Origin: Nitrososphaeraceae archaeon
Lineage (GTDB): Archaea; Thermoproteota; Nitrososphaeria; Nitrososphaerales; Nitrososphaeraceae
Assembly (NCBI GenBank): GCA_035250975.1
Contig: DATFEP010000004.1
Span: 31,227 to 95,226, forward strand
Direction: 5' to 3'
Length of the DNA: 64,000 bases
Made by a program: the position numbers and the translations under genes. The notes under the pieces were generated by a model, which was given only the letters and a program-made list of their open reading frames with translations, had not been told where the DNA came from and made no database searches. This document shows, piece after piece, positions 1-9,863 of the stretch. The stretch's first letter is position 1. The number at the start of each line of letters is the position of its first letter.

Positions 1-1020
1 TCTAGATTCTGGAATCTCGTTCACGTAGATAGTATCTGGTATGTTAGATACAGAAGAATAATACTGTAGTAAAAAAGATGAAAAATTATTATCCCCTAAA
101 ATGTGAAATTCAAATTGTTTTGTGTCGCTTATGACACCACAAGATCTTTTCAATATCAATACATAACCTGTCTGATTTAATTTATCTACTTTGAATCCTA
201 CATATTCTTCATCATTCTTATAAATTAGATCGATTTTCTGTTTTATTTTTAAATTTTCTACTGTTTTTATTGTATCTCTTATTTCTTTAGCACGCTCATA
301 ATCTTGTCTATTCGAAGCCTCAACCATGTCTTTATTCATTCTTGTCAAGAAATCTTGTATGCCATCTCTTTTTTTTAAAATCTGTTTTAGCGAATTAATA
401 TTTTCATGATATTTTTCCATTGTTATCTTTTGGATACAAGGGGCATCACAATTATTTATGAAATATTCTAAACACGGTTTTTTAGGCAAACGATTGCATA
501 TTCTTACCTTGAATATTTTTCTTAAGGTTCCAATGGAGATGAATCTAGAACTTCCATACACAAATGGCCCGAAAATCTCTCCTTGTGGCCCTGTGAAATC
601 ACTCCTCCTGTTCCTTCTCGCAACCAATAATCTGGGAAATGTTTCATCGGTGATATTTAGATATGTATATCTTTCTTGGTCTTTTAATTCGATATTGAAA
701 ATCGGTCTGTATTGTTTAATCAGATTGGCTTCAAGCAAAAAAGCTTCGACTTCATTATCGGTTATTATAAATTCAATTTCTGAAATTTTTTGCAACAATT
801 TTTTAGTTTTCCATATAATTTTGTCATTTTCAATGTTTTTACGTTTCCATCTAAACCCATCTGTATTTATAATACTAAAATAGCTGCAAATTCTTTTTTT
901 GAGGTTTTTTGCCTTTCCTATGTATATTACTTTATCCGAATCATCTTTCATCAAATAGATTCCAGGGTCAGATGGAAAAGCCTTACAAGCCTTCTTTAAT
1001 TCAGAATAAGGGTATGTCAT
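1..1020 (-). CDS. uvrC: Excinuclease ABC subunit C (3' end beyond the window edge)
   Basis: Manual translation from ATG at 1020: MTYPYSELKKACKAFPSDPGIYLMKD...VIYIGKAKNLKKRICSYF (GIY-YIG), then EAFLLEANLIKQYRPIFNIELKD and a Cys-rich region. Directly downstream of uvrA. Confidence 0.95.
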   Translation of the reverse strand, partial: MTYPYSELKKACKAFPSDPGIYLMKDDSDKVIYIGKAKNLKKRICSYFSIINTDGFRWKRKNIENDKIIWKTKKLLQKISEIEFIITDNEVEAFLLEANLIKQYRPIFNIELKDQERYTYLNITDETFPRLLVARRNRRSDFTGPQGEIFGPFVYGSSRFISIGTLRKIFKVRICNRLPKKPCLEYFINNCDAPCIQKITMEKYHENINSLKQILKKRDGIQDFLTRMNKDMVEASNRQDYERAKEIRDTIKTVENLKIKQKIDLIYKNDEEYVGFKVDKLNQTGYVLILKRSCGVISDTKQFEFHILGDNNFSSFLLQYYSSVSNIPDTIYVNEIPESR

Positions 1021-1043
1021 TTTTTCATCTTTTTTTGCTGATT

Positions 1044-3974
1044 TTATTTTGATATCTGTTTTGAGAGATTTAAAATTCTACTCATTTTGGTTTTCAAATA
1101 TTTAACTGTGTAGCTTTTGTTGACGTCTTCTAATAATTCTTCAGGCGTTCCAGAGGTAACAAGGGTTCCGCCTTCGGTTCCGCCTTCGGGTCCTAAATCA
1201 TTTATCCAATCTGCACTTACAATAACATCTAGATTATGTTCAATTACTATAACTGTATTTCCTAACTCTGTCAATCTTTTTAACACTTTTAACAATTTTT
1301 TAACGTCAGAAAAATGAAGACCTGTTGTTGGTTCGTCTAATATGTAAAGCGTCTTTCCGGTATCTCTGCGTGAAAGTTCTGATGCAAGTTTTATTCTTTG
1401 TGCTTCTCCACCAGAAAAAGTAGTAGCAGATTGACCTAATTTGATATATCCTAATCCAACATCATATAACGTGCTCAGTTTCTTGTAGACTATGGGAATA
1501 TTTCTGAAAAATTCCATTGCCTCTTCGACAGTAAAATTTAAAATATCGTATATCGTTTTCTCTTTATATTTTACTAATAGCGTCTCTGAATTGTACCTTT
1601 TTCCAACACATTCATCACATTTAACGTACACATCAGGTAAAAATTGCATTTCTATTTTTTTTACTCCACATCCTTCGCATGCTTCACACCTCCCTCCCCT
1701 AACATTAAAAGAAAATCTTCCTTGGGAATATCCCATTTCTCTTGATCTTATAGTTTTCGAAAATAATTCTCTTATAGGAGTAAATGCGTTGACATATGTA
1801 GCTGCATTAGACCTTGGTGTTCTTCCGATTGGAGATTGGTCAATTCCTATTACTTTGTCTATATATTCTATTCCTGTGATCTCATCGTATTTTCCTGGTT
1901 CTTCTTTCCCGCCAAAATGATTCATAATTGCTTTAAACAAGATATCATTTACTAATGTTGATTTTCCAGAACCTGATACTCCAGTTACAACTGTGAGAAA
2001 ACCAATGGGGAATTTTACATTAATACTTTTCAAGTTATTTGAATTAGCTCCATATACCACCAGCCATTTGTCCATTTTTCCTTTATCTTTTGAAAATATT
2101 GCAGCATTTTTTTCACCTCTTAGATATTTACCAGTTACAGAATTAACACTGTTCATAATATCTAAAATCGTTCCCTCTGCTACTATTTTTCCACCATGGG
2201 TTCCTGCTCCAGGACCAATATCAATAATCCAATCTGAATTTCGAATAACGTCTTCGTCATGTTCCACAATTATTAAAGTATTATCCAAACTACGTAGTCT
2301 TTTTAGGGTGTTTAATAATCTGTCATTGTCTCTTTGATGTAACCCTATCGTGGGTTCATCTAATACATAAAGAACCCCAGTAAGATTAGATCCTATTTGC
2401 GTTGCAAGTCTTATTCTTTGCGATTCTCCGCCAGATAAAGAACCAGTTGTTCTATTCAAGGTCAAATAGTTCAATCCCACGTTTTTCAAGAATTCTAATC
2501 GAGAAAGAATTTCCTTTAACACGTTTTTTGCGATCTCTCTTTCAATAGGTTTGAGATCCAATTCTTTAAAAAATTGATAACAATCGTCTATTGAAAGGTC
2601 ACATATTTCCATAATAGACTTATTTCTTATCTTTACGGATAATGATTCTTCATTTAACCTTCTTCCGTTGCATTTTTCGCACAGCCTTTCTTTCATAAAT
2701 TTCGTTAATGTCTCTCTTTTGATATCTGATTCTGTAGTTTTGAATATCCTCTCTAAATTTGGAATAACTCCCTCAAAATTAGAATTATATTCCCATTTAC
2801 TCTGCGAATATTTTGATTCGTATTTGAAATGAATATTTTCATTCGTACCGTATAAAATAACTCTGATTTGTTCAGAATTCAATTTGTATATCGGTATATT
2901 TAAATTAAATCCGTATTTTCTGCCAACATCTTTAAGCATAGATGCTCTAAAAGAAGCGAACTTTCCTGTCCAAGGAACGATGGCTCCATCTAGGATACTC
3001 TTACTTTTGTCAGGTATAATTAATTCAGGGTCGAATTCTATCTTTATTCCGAGACCATTACAACTGTGGCATGCACCAAACGGGGAATTAAAAGAGAAAG
3101 ATCTAGGTTCGAGATTTCCTACACTGATACTACAATACGGACAAGAGTTGTGTTGTGAAAATAGATAATTTTGATTGTCTACAAAACAAATTATAATCCC
3201 ATTTCCTAAATTCGCAGCCGACTGTATGTCTTCAAATAACCGGCTTCTCTCTTCCGGAATAGGCTTTAATCTATCAATAACTATCTCAATATCATGTTTT
3301 TTTTGCTTTTCTAAATTTAATGTAGGATAATTCAAAATAGAGTTATTACTACTAGAATTTTGAAGATCTGAGTAATTCTTGTTATGCATATTTTGCTCTA
3401 TTTCATTATCAAGATTTACAACTTTACCATCCACTCTTAGTCTGGAATATCCTTTTTTTCTCAAATCTTCAAATAGTCTGTCAAAAGTACCTTTTTTTCC
3501 TATTATTATTGGTGATAAAATCGTAATCACCTCTTTATCTTGTGATAATCTCAAAATTGATTCAGTGATAGAATCAACTGTCTGACTAGTTATTTTTCTA
3601 TGACATCTTGGACAAAATGGTATTCCAATTTTCGCAAACAATAGTCTCAAATAGTCATAAATTTCCGTAACAGTTCCAACAGTAGATCTAGGATTTTTGT
3701 TAGTAGTTTTCTGTTGTATCGAAATAGCTGGTGACAATCCTTCAATTGAATCCACATCTGGTTTTTCCATTAATTCAAGAAACTGTCTTGCATATGCTGA
3801 TAATGATTCGACGTACCTTCTTTGTCCTTCGGCATAAATAGTATCAAACGCAAGGGTCGATTTTCCTGATCCAGAAACACCAGTTAATACTATTATTTTC
3901 TTTTTGGGTATTTCAACATCAATATTTTTTAAATTATGTTGTTTTGCACCTTTTATTACAAGTTTATCTATCAT
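1044..3974 (-). CDS. uvrA: Excinuclease ABC subunit A
   Basis: GAKQHNLKNIDV, two Walker A motifs GVSGSGKS, LSGGESQRIRLA, CxxC zinc fingers. Confidence 0.98.
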   Translation of the reverse strand: MIDKLVIKGAKQHNLKNIDVEIPKKKIIVLTGVSGSGKSTLAFDTIYAEGQRRYVESLSAYARQFLELMEKPDVDSIEGLSPAISIQQKTTNKNPRSTVGTVTEIYDYLRLLFAKIGIPFCPRCHRKITSQTVDSITESILRLSQDKEVITILSPIIIGKKGTFDRLFEDLRKKGYSRLRVDGKVVNLDNEIEQNMHNKNYSDLQNSSSNNSILNYPTLNLEKQKKHDIEIVIDRLKPIPEERSRLFEDIQSAANLGNGIIICFVDNQNYLFSQHNSCPYCSISVGNLEPRSFSFNSPFGACHSCNGLGIKIEFDPELIIPDKSKSILDGAIVPWTGKFASFRASMLKDVGRKYGFNLNIPIYKLNSEQIRVILYGTNENIHFKYESKYSQSKWEYNSNFEGVIPNLERIFKTTESDIKRETLTKFMKERLCEKCNGRRLNEESLSVKIRNKSIMEICDLSIDDCYQFFKELDLKPIEREIAKNVLKEILSRLEFLKNVGLNYLTLNRTTGSLSGGESQRIRLATQIGSNLTGVLYVLDEPTIGLHQRDNDRLLNTLKRLRSLDNTLIIVEHDEDVIRNSDWIIDIGPGAGTHGGKIVAEGTILDIMNSVNSVTGKYLRGEKNAAIFSKDKGKMDKWLVVYGANSNNLKSINVKFPIGFLTVVTGVSGSGKSTLVNDILFKAIMNHFGGKEEPGKYDEITGIEYIDKVIGIDQSPIGRTPRSNAATYVNAFTPIRELFSKTIRSREMGYSQGRFSFNVRGGRCEACEGCGVKKIEMQFLPDVYVKCDECVGKRYNSETLLVKYKEKTIYDILNFTVEEAMEFFRNIPIVYKKLSTLYDVGLGYIKLGQSATTFSGGEAQRIKLASELSRRDTGKTLYILDEPTTGLHFSDVKKLLKVLKRLTELGNTVIVIEHNLDVIVSADWINDLGPEGGTEGGTLVTSGTPEELLEDVNKSYTVKYLKTKMSRILNLSKQISK

Positions 3975-3976
3975 AA

Positions 3977-5947
3977 CTAGATGATCTCTATTATTCCAAG
4001 TTCATTGTTAATTTTTTTCAACTTATCTCTATATTCAATAGCCTTTTCAAATTCCAAGTCTTCTGCAAATTTTTTCATGATAGATTCAGTTTCTATAGAT
4101 AATTTCAACAGATCTTTTCTGCTCATTGCTTTTAAAATCTCATAATCTTTTCTTGGATTATCTTGGGTTAAAATAGGCTTGATTATGGATTTAGGCGTGA
4201 TTTTGTTTTGGATATTATATTCCATCTGTTTTTTCCTTCTTCTATCTGTTTCATTTATGGCAGTTTTCATTGATTTCGTAATTTTTTCACAATACATGAT
4301 TACTTTACCTTCAATATTTCTAGCGGCCCTTCCAAAGGTTTGAATTAAACTGATTTCATTACGTAAAAACCCCTCTTTATCTGCATCCAATATTACAACT
4401 AACGCAACTTCTGGAATATCTAATCCTTCCCTCAGCAAATTAATACCAACTAGAACATCAAAATCTCCGAGTCTCAGCTGACGAATCAAATCTGTTCTTT
4501 CCAAACCTTGGATTTCAGAGTGTAAATATCTTACTTTGATATCTTTTTTTGAAAGAAATTCTGCAAGGTCTTCTGCCATCCTCTTTGTTATGGTTGTTAT
4601 CAGAATTCGTTGATTTTTTTTAACTCTTTTTCTTATTTCTGAAATTAAATCAACAATCTGGTTACTAGTAGATCTCACTTCAACTTCAGGATCTAATAAA
4701 CCGGTTGGTCTCACAAGTTGTTCAACCACATTAAGGCTAGAATCTAATTCATAAGATGATGGTGTAGCTGAAACATAAATGACTTTGTTCAAATATTTTT
4801 CAAATTCCTTAAAGTTTAGCGGTCTATTGTCAAAAGCGCTTGGTAATCTAAAACCGTATTCTACAAGTGTCTTTTTTCTTGTATGATCTCCATTATACAT
4901 TGCTCTAAGTTGAGGCATAGTTACGTGCGACTCATCTATTACAATCAAAAAATCCTCACCAAAAAAATCTAATAGACAATAAGGCGGTTCACCTTTTTTT
5001 CTGTCATCAAAATGACGAGAGTAATTTTCAATTCCAGAACAATATCCTAATTCCTTTAACATTTCCAAATCATATTTAGTTCTAGAACGTAATCTTTCCT
5101 TTTCTAGCTCGCCCTTCAAATTTGTGATCCATTCTTTTAATTCTGTTTCTATGGAACTTATTGCTTTATCCCTGATCTTTTCGTCTATAACATAGTGTTT
5201 AGCAGGAAATATCTTTATTCTGGTAACATTCCTTATTTTCCTTAAAGTAATAGGGTCATGTATGCTTATATTTTCAATCTCATCTCCAAGTAACGCAATT
5301 CTAACTATATCGTTTGAATAGCCGGGAAAAATGTCAATTACATCTCCTTTTGCTCTAAAATTTCCTTGAATTAATGAGGTGTCGTTTCTTTCATATCTTG
5401 ACTCTATCAACTTGCGAATTATTTCTTTTCTATTTGTCATACTTCCAATACAGAGAGAAATAGAATTCTTCTCCCATTCTATTGGAGAACCTAAAGAGTA
5501 AATACATGAAACTGTAGCAACAATAATTGTTGGTTCGCCTGACATCAACATTGCAGTAGCTTCTAGTCTCATTTTCTCAATTATTTCGTTTACCTCTGTA
5601 TCTTTTTCAATATATGTATCAGTTTGGGGAATATAACTTTCAGGCTGGTAATAATCGTAAAAACTAACAAAATATCCAACATTATTTTCAGGAAAAAAAT
5701 CTTTAAACTCTGAATAAAGTTGGCTAGCCAATGTCTTGTTTGGAGAAATAACAAGTGTATTCTTATTAACCCCTGCAATCACGTTAGCTATTGTAAAAGT
5801 TTTTCCACTTCCCGTCACACCCAACAATGTTTGAACTGATCTTTTTTTTGTTTCTAGTCCTTTCTTTAACTCATCTATAGCTTTTTGTTGATCTCCTCCG
5901 GTAGAAAAAGATGTGTTCAGCTCAAAAATTGAAGAAATTTTTTGCAA
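3977..5947 (-). CDS. uvrB: Excinuclease ABC subunit B
   Basis: LGVTGSGKT, YDYYQPE beta-hairpin, DESH, GINLLREGLDIPEV, C-terminal UVR domain. TTG start is uncertain. Confidence 0.98.
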   Translation of the reverse strand: MQKISSIFELNTSFSTGGDQQKAIDELKKGLETKKRSVQTLLGVTGSGKTFTIANVIAGVNKNTLVISPNKTLASQLYSEFKDFFPENNVGYFVSFYDYYQPESYIPQTDTYIEKDTEVNEIIEKMRLEATAMLMSGEPTIIVATVSCIYSLGSPIEWEKNSISLCIGSMTNRKEIIRKLIESRYERNDTSLIQGNFRAKGDVIDIFPGYSNDIVRIALLGDEIENISIHDPITLRKIRNVTRIKIFPAKHYVIDEKIRDKAISSIETELKEWITNLKGELEKERLRSRTKYDLEMLKELGYCSGIENYSRHFDDRKKGEPPYCLLDFFGEDFLIVIDESHVTMPQLRAMYNGDHTRKKTLVEYGFRLPSAFDNRPLNFKEFEKYLNKVIYVSATPSSYELDSSLNVVEQLVRPTGLLDPEVEVRSTSNQIVDLISEIRKRVKKNQRILITTITKRMAEDLAEFLSKKDIKVRYLHSEIQGLERTDLIRQLRLGDFDVLVGINLLREGLDIPEVALVVILDADKEGFLRNEISLIQTFGRAARNIEGKVIMYCEKITKSMKTAINETDRRRKKQMEYNIQNKITPKSIIKPILTQDNPRKDYEILKAMSRKDLLKLSIETESIMKKFAEDLEFEKAIEYRDKLKKINNELGIIEII

Positions 5948-5978
5948 TTTAAGAAAAAATTAAATTTTTGTAAAAAAG

Positions 5979-6554
5979 TTATTCCTTCCACTTGATAGAA
6001 CATCCTATAGAAGGATCGAAATCCTTTTCTATTCTTTCTACATTTAGTATTTTTTTTATGTTTTCATGCATTATGTGTTTCTGTGGCTTCGATCCTGGCT
6101 CCATCGCATCATTTATTCTCCCATGAAAAACCAAAGTTTTATTCGAATCGAACAAAAATGGATCTGGAGTACATACAGCACCATATAACTTTGCAATCTC
6201 TTGTGTTTCATCTATAAGATATGGGAAATTCAAGTTATTTTGTTTTGCAAATTCCTTCATGTTATCAAAACCTTCATCTTGATAAGAAGGATCATTACTA
6301 TTGATTGCGATTATTTGAAGGTCATCAGTATTAAATGTTGACTGCAAAACAACAATGTCATTTATTCTTGCTTTAACAAATGGGCAGTGGTTACAAATAA
6401 AAATAACCAACAAAGTCCTGCTGTTAAAATCATTTAATGAATAATTTTTTTCATCTATACCTTTTAGAGTAAAATGAGGAGCTTTCTGACCTGTTACTAA
6501 TTTCTGATTTGAGAAAGTTCTGACCATAAACCAAGAAATATTATTCAGGTACAT
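5979..6554 (-). CDS. Thioredoxin-fold AhpC/TSA (PRX-like) redoxin
   Basis: FICNHCPFV, AVCTPDPFLFD, SIGCSIKW. The true start is probably the second Met (MVRTF). Confidence 0.88.
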   Translation of the reverse strand: MYLNNISWFMVRTFSNQKLVTGQKAPHFTLKGIDEKNYSLNDFNSRTLLVIFICNHCPFVKARINDIVVLQSTFNTDDLQIIAINSNDPSYQDEGFDNMKEFAKQNNLNFPYLIDETQEIAKLYGAVCTPDPFLFDSNKTLVFHGRINDAMEPGSKPQKHIMHENIKKILNVERIEKDFDPSIGCSIKWKE

Positions 6555-6608
6555 ATATTTTCGTTTTCGATTATATGTTCGATTATTTAGAAAAGTGGAT
6601 ATGATAAG

Positions 6609-6830
6609 TTAATGAATGGTATTGTTTTTTGTAAATATGAATACAGATTCACCATTAGTGTCACCATAACAATATTTGAACCTATATCCTCCACGTCTAA
6701 TCAAACTTCCAACAGAATATGATAATATTGACTTATTTCTTACTACCAACAATGATCCGTATGGCATGCTCTGAATTTCAGCATTGTATCCATTAGATAA
6801 TATCTTTCCTAATAGGTCTATTGGTCTCAA
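6609..6830 (-). CDS. Small hypothetical protein
   Basis: 73-aa ORF co-oriented with its neighbours; no recognised motif. Confidence 0.5.
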   Translation of the reverse strand: MRPIDLLGKILSNGYNAEIQSMPYGSLLVVRNKSILSYSVGSLIRRGGYRFKYCYGDTNGESVFIFTKNNTIH

Positions 6831-6977
6831 TGTTATACTCGGTACAAATAAAATAGAGAAAATGATAAAATGTTCTGTCTATTTATACAAGCTAATAGGT
6901 ATAAACAATTTTAATGAATAATTTTTTCCAATTCTTGCAAACTTTCTAAATTTTTTTTAAAAAAATACCACATATTG

Positions 6978-7640
6978 TTATTCTGAATTTAATATTACAA
7001 CTTCGCAAACTTTGACGAGTTCCTTAAATTTATTAGCATCTATCTCTGTCCCTACGATGGTCCCATAATGCATAGGAATAGCGGCCTTTGAAGGTTTTAT
7101 CATGTTATTTATGGCATTAGCTGCTTCTTCTGCTGTCATTACGTATACTCCTGATACTGGAACTAATGCAATATCAGGTTTAATCTCATTCATCTCGGGA
7201 ATTGCATCTGTATCTCCGGAGTGATATATCCTTGTGCCGTTAGTTGTGATTATAAATCCTACCTTTTTATCTTCTTTTGGATGATAATTTTTATCTATGT
7301 TGTATGCAGGCACAACCTCAATATCGATACCATCTTGCAGTATTTTTTGACCTGGTTCTACTTCTTTTATATTTTTGAATCCTTCTTGTTTTAATTTTTC
7401 TACACATTCTGCTGCTGCAATAATCGATGTTTTTTCGTTATTGATTATACGTAGATCTTCTGGACTTAAATGATCGAAATGATTATGTGAAATTAAAATT
7501 AGGTCTGCATCGTGTTCGTTATGTTTTTCCTTGAGTTTGTATGGATCAATATATACTATTTTGTCTTCATTATTTACTATTTTGTATCCATCATGACCAA
7601 GCCAATATATATTAATATTATTAAATTCCATATTTTTCAA
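6978..7640 (-). CDS. MBL-fold metallo-hydrolase (UPF0173/UlaG-like)
   Basis: WLGH, IDPY, SHNHFDH, YHSGDT, IPMHYGT. Confidence 0.92.
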   Translation of the reverse strand: MKNMEFNNINIYWLGHDGYKIVNNEDKIVYIDPYKLKEKHNEHDADLILISHNHFDHLSPEDLRIINNEKTSIIAAAECVEKLKQEGFKNIKEVEPGQKILQDGIDIEVVPAYNIDKNYHPKEDKKVGFIITTNGTRIYHSGDTDAIPEMNEIKPDIALVPVSGVYVMTAEEAANAINNMIKPSKAAIPMHYGTIVGTEIDANKFKELVKVCEVVILNSE

Positions 7641-7672
7641 TATTCTATTTCAAATTTAAATTTGTCTATTGC

Positions 7673-8047
7673 TTAATTGTTCACTACTATCATCTTGTTT
7701 TTTCTCAATGATATTACTAAAGTGTTCTGAGAAATTAATCGTCTAATTAGATCCTTGTCAATAGTTGCGACAGCACATTTATTAAAATAGGCATACTCCA
7801 CTAAATTATCATCAATATGTTTAGTTCTTGATGTTTTTATCTTCTTAAATCTTTTAGAAATTTCTAAAGCTAGTTTAGCGTCTCTTGACCTTCGAGGATT
7901 AGAACTAACGAGTTTGATTAATTCTTCAATCACTACATCAGGTATCAAGAAATTAATCTTACCAAACATATTCTCAATGTTTTCCAATAATTTGGTTGGT
8001 TTTGTCACTAAGACTATAAAAAAACTTGTATCGCATATGACATCCAT
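7673..8047 (-). CDS. PIN-domain nuclease (archaeal Fcf1/Utp24-like)
   Basis: VICDTSF, VIEEL, IDD, VATIDKDL acidic motifs. Confidence 0.85.
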   Translation of the reverse strand: MDVICDTSFFIVLVTKPTKLLENIENMFGKINFLIPDVVIEELIKLVSSNPRRSRDAKLALEISKRFKKIKTSRTKHIDDNLVEYAYFNKCAVATIDKDLIRRLISQNTLVISLRKNKMIVVNN

Positions 8048-8114
8048 TATAAAGGCTTATTTTTTGATATTCAAATAAAAATTTTGGAAAATAAAAAATT
8101 TTATTTGTCGATAA

Positions 8115-8504
8115 TTATTTTTCGTATCCTATTCTATCTGCTAGTTTAACTACTTCTCTTCCCTTATTTGTTAAGGCGTTGTATATTCTTGGTTTGCCTC
8201 TGCCTCTTGATTTTTCTTTTTTGATTTTCCTATCAATTAATGCTAGATTTGTTGCTCTTTTCATAAGAGATTGTCCATATCCCCAGCTTCCCATTGTTAT
8301 CAATAACTCTCTTGTGTGTAATTCTTTGTTTGTCTTTAATACACGAAGTAGTGGTATTAACGGCCTTTCGTTAATCAGTATTTTTAGGATGTCCAATTCT
8401 ACTGTAATTGGTACAGATTTTACTGGTTTTACTTCCTTTGGTTTTACCTCTTTTGTTTCTTTTACAATATCCTTTTTAGGTTTTGAACCTTTTTTTGCTA
8501 CCAT
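8115..8504 (-). CDS. Probable winged-helix DNA-binding protein with Lys-rich N-terminal tail
   Basis: Wing-like segment KEKSRGRGKPRIYNALTNKGREV; N-terminus has KEVKP repeats. Confidence 0.65.
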   Translation of the reverse strand: MVAKKGSKPKKDIVKETKEVKPKEVKPVKSVPITVELDILKILINERPLIPLLRVLKTNKELHTRELLITMGSWGYGQSLMKRATNLALIDRKIKKEKSRGRGKPRIYNALTNKGREVVKLADRIGYEK

Positions 8505-9175
8505 TTTTTCTACCGATGTGACTTTACAAAAGATAAATATTTAATCTTTTGTTTCTGTTATCAATTTTAATAGGAATATATTTAGAAAAAAGTTACAAAA
8601 TGAAATATTAGAAACTTAAAATTTATATATGTCTCATTAGACGTAGTGAGGCTAATCAAAATCCTACTTATTCTCTATATGATAACTTAATTTAATAATG
8701 AATTTATTCAATTTGGACGTATTTTCATGTCTTTTACAAGATATTCAGTAATCAATCATTCTTCTTTCAAAAATATCAGAATTAGTGACTTTATACACAA
8801 CTGATTTGAATTAAATAATTTTTTGCTGAATTATATAAGAATATTAGATGTTAAATCTGTTGTAAAAGTACAAAATAAATAAAAGAGGGATTAATTCAAA
8901 TAAAAAATCTTTGTAAAGAAAACACTATTATTGTTTATAGAAAGTTTTTTAATATATCCTTTAGTGCATGAAACAGAGAGAAGAAATCAGTATTTTTCTG
9001 TTGCTGATAAAATAAAAATCATTGACCATTTTGATTGTTGCCTTGTACATAGGAGGTTATAAAATTAGTTACATTAAATAAATAAGGACTAGTGTCTCGT
9101 ATAGAAGTATAAACTATGTTAATTCCTTGTTTATATATATTTTTTATTTTCCTGTATTGATATTGTTTTTATATG

Positions 9176-9313
9176 TCACCAAAAATTTCCTTTATCAGAG
9201 CAGGTTAATTCTGTACCACATTTGCTACACCTTAAATGGCAAGTTTGTAAATGGATCATTATATTCTCACATCTAGGACAATACACAGCCTCTTGAGGAT
9301 ATTTTTCTTCCAT
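9176..9313 (-). CDS. 45-aa zinc-finger microprotein (HVO_2523-like pattern), not in the ORF track
   Basis: Manual translation MEEKYPQEAVYCPRCENIMIHLQTCHLRCSKCGTELTCSDKGNFW; CPxC...C...CxxCG...CSD. Confidence 0.75.
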   Translation of the reverse strand: MEEKYPQEAVYCPRCENIMIHLQTCHLRCSKCGTELTCSDKGNFW

Positions 9314-9387
9314 AATAATCATCTATATTTTTTTGACTTTTAACCTTTTGCAAAGATTAATTAATGATTAAATTGGTTGACTTTTTG

Positions 9388-9789
9388 TTGGTTAATTTCA
9401 AAGTAGTAGTTTCTGATAAAAAGGGTAAGAGTGTGTCACATGAACTTAAAGATAAAGAGGCGCAACCATTTCTTGGTGGAAAAATAGGCGACTCATTTGA
9501 TTCCACCACTATTGGCGTCTCTGGTGGAAAATTAAAAGTCACTGGAGGTAGTGACAAATCTGGCACTCCGATGCGCTCAGATGTTCATGGAGGAGTAAAA
9601 AAATATGTATTGTTGAGCAAGGGGGTAGGGATGAATGATTCTAGCGACGGTAAAAGGATAAGAAAACTCGTTAGGGGAAATATGATCACTGAAGAAATAT
9701 ACCAATTAAATTGTATTTTAGAGGGAGTTAATCTAACACAACCTGAGAATTCAGAGGAAAGTAATGAATCAAATAAACCAGTCACCTAG
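9388..9789 (+). CDS. rps6e: 30S ribosomal protein S6e
   Basis: KVTGGSDKSGTPMRSDVHG, RIRKLVRGN. Start placed at TTG 9388 (MVNFKVVVSD); the track starts at 9364. Confidence 0.95.
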   Translation: MVNFKVVVSDKKGKSVSHELKDKEAQPFLGGKIGDSFDSTTIGVSGGKLKVTGGSDKSGTPMRSDVHGGVKKYVLLSKGVGMNDSSDGKRIRKLVRGNMITEEIYQLNCILEGVNLTQPENSEESNESNKPVT

Positions 9790-9863
9790 TATCTTTGTTT
9801 TTTAGATATCGTTTTTTTCAAGAACCTCAATTACCTTAATATCCCTCAATAAAATAAAAGACG

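Noticed and set aside
1-5947. Bacterial-type uvrBAC in an archaeon as a novelty
   Set aside because: UvrABC is already known from several archaeal groups; listed as features only.
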